Assembly (NCBI GenBank): GCA_051294375.1
Contig: JBJCIZ010001325.1
Coordinates: 1 to 9,374 of the forward strand
Length of the DNA: 9,374 nucleotides
From: Paraspadella gotoi
Lineage: Eukaryota > Animalia > Chaetognatha
Direction: 5' to 3'
In this document: piece after piece, positions 8,557 to 9,374 of the stretch
Layout: each line of letters starts with the position of its first letter
Numbering within the stretch: the first letter of the stretch is position 1
Position numbers and translations under genes: made by a program
The notes under the pieces: generated by a model
Seen by the model: the letters and a program-made list of their open reading frames with translations, nothing else
What the model was told of the DNA's origin: nothing
The model's database searches: none

Positions 8557-9374
8557 GGTAAGTTCATCCGTATCCATTTCGGCCCCAACATGAAGATCGC
8601 CTCAGCCGACATCGAAACTTACCTGCTGGAGAAGTCCCGCATCACATTCCAGCTGGAGATCGAGAGAAACTACCACATCTTCTACCAGCTGATGACCAAC
8701 GCTTACCCACAGTACCATCCCATGTGCGGCCTGTCAAATAACCCCGATCCTGGCCAGTACTACTTCATCAGCCAGGGTGTGCTGACCGTCGCTGGCATGG
8801 ACGATGCCGAGGAAATGAGGGCCACTGACACTGCCCTGGACACTTTGGGCTTTTCTCAGCCCGACAAGGAAGGCTGCTACAAAGCCACCATTGCAATTGC
8901 CCATCTGGGCAACGCCAAGTGGAAGCAAAAGGGTCGCGAAGAGCAGGCAGAGCCTGATGGCATGGACCAAGTTACGTCATGCGCTAGCCTGCTCGGCATC
9001 GACCCCGACTTCTTCGTCGACACCTTCATGAAGCCCAAGTTGAAGGTGGGCAAAGATTTCGTGAAAAAAGGTCAAAACGTGGACCAAGTGAATTTCTCGG
9101 TTTCCGCCACGAGCAAATCTCTCTTCGCTCGTTTGTTCGATTGGATCGTCGCGTTGGTCAACGATTCTCTGGACACGCCCAACCCGAGGAAGCATTTCAT
9201 CGGCGTCTTGGACATTGCCGGCTTCGAGATCTTCGAGCTCAACGTCTTGGAGCAGCTCCTCATCAACTACACCAACGAGAGGCTGCAGCAGTTCTTCAAC
9301 CATCACATGTTCGTCCAAGAGCAGGAAGAGTACAAGGCGGAAGGCATCCAATGGGCCTTCATCGACTTTGGCAT
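8557..9374 (+). CDS. Mhc: Myosin II heavy chain (striated/muscle type) motor-domain exon, 3'-truncated by window edge
   Basis: Polypyrimidine tract + TAG acceptor at 8554-8556, then a stop-free 818-nt frame: [45 protein letters not shown]...[15 protein letters not shown]...[16 protein letters not shown]...[59 protein letters not shown]. Contains switch II DIAGFE (9211-9228) and the relay helix. IRIHF and [10 protein letters not shown] are typical of striated-type myosin II. Confidence 0.97.

Noticed and set aside
8734-9351. Minus-strand ORFs of 78, 124 and 64 aa (also 7869-8138)
   Set aside because: Antisense shadows of GC3-biased myosin exons; no independent coding signal.
1-9374. Prokaryotic-type systems (CRISPR, operons, IS elements) and a specific organism assignment
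   Set aside because: The sequence is clearly spliceosomal-intron eukaryotic with no spaced repeat arrays. The myosin is divergent and I cannot name the taxon without a database search.

Overview
Eukaryotic (animal-like) genomic DNA: AT-rich introns/intergenic sequence, homopolymer runs, CT microsatellites and GC3-rich exons. The right half holds the 5' part of a + strand class II (striated/muscle-type) myosin heavy chain gene running off the window end. Two exons are intact: 7834-8069 (P-loop, loop 1, switch I) and 8557->9374 (upper 50K domain, switch II, relay helix; missed by the ORF track). Two upstream exons are recognisable only after removing many short insertions: ~6585-6845 (SH3-like domain to NPPKFE) and ~7167-7461 (EDM..IYTYSGLFC..NPYK..PPH). 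A TATA promoter and non-coding first exon probably lie at 4709-4865, and a candidate extra N-terminal coding exon at ~5712-6049. The insertion-biased damage stops abruptly at ~7.5 kb and is most simply explained as unpolished long-read error, which limits what can be read upstream. The left half has microsatellites, a small hairpin+microsatellite element and exon-like islands of a possible unidentified neighbouring gene. No convincing novel system is seen; the best leads are the possible N-terminal extension, divergent motor residues and unusual intron pattern.
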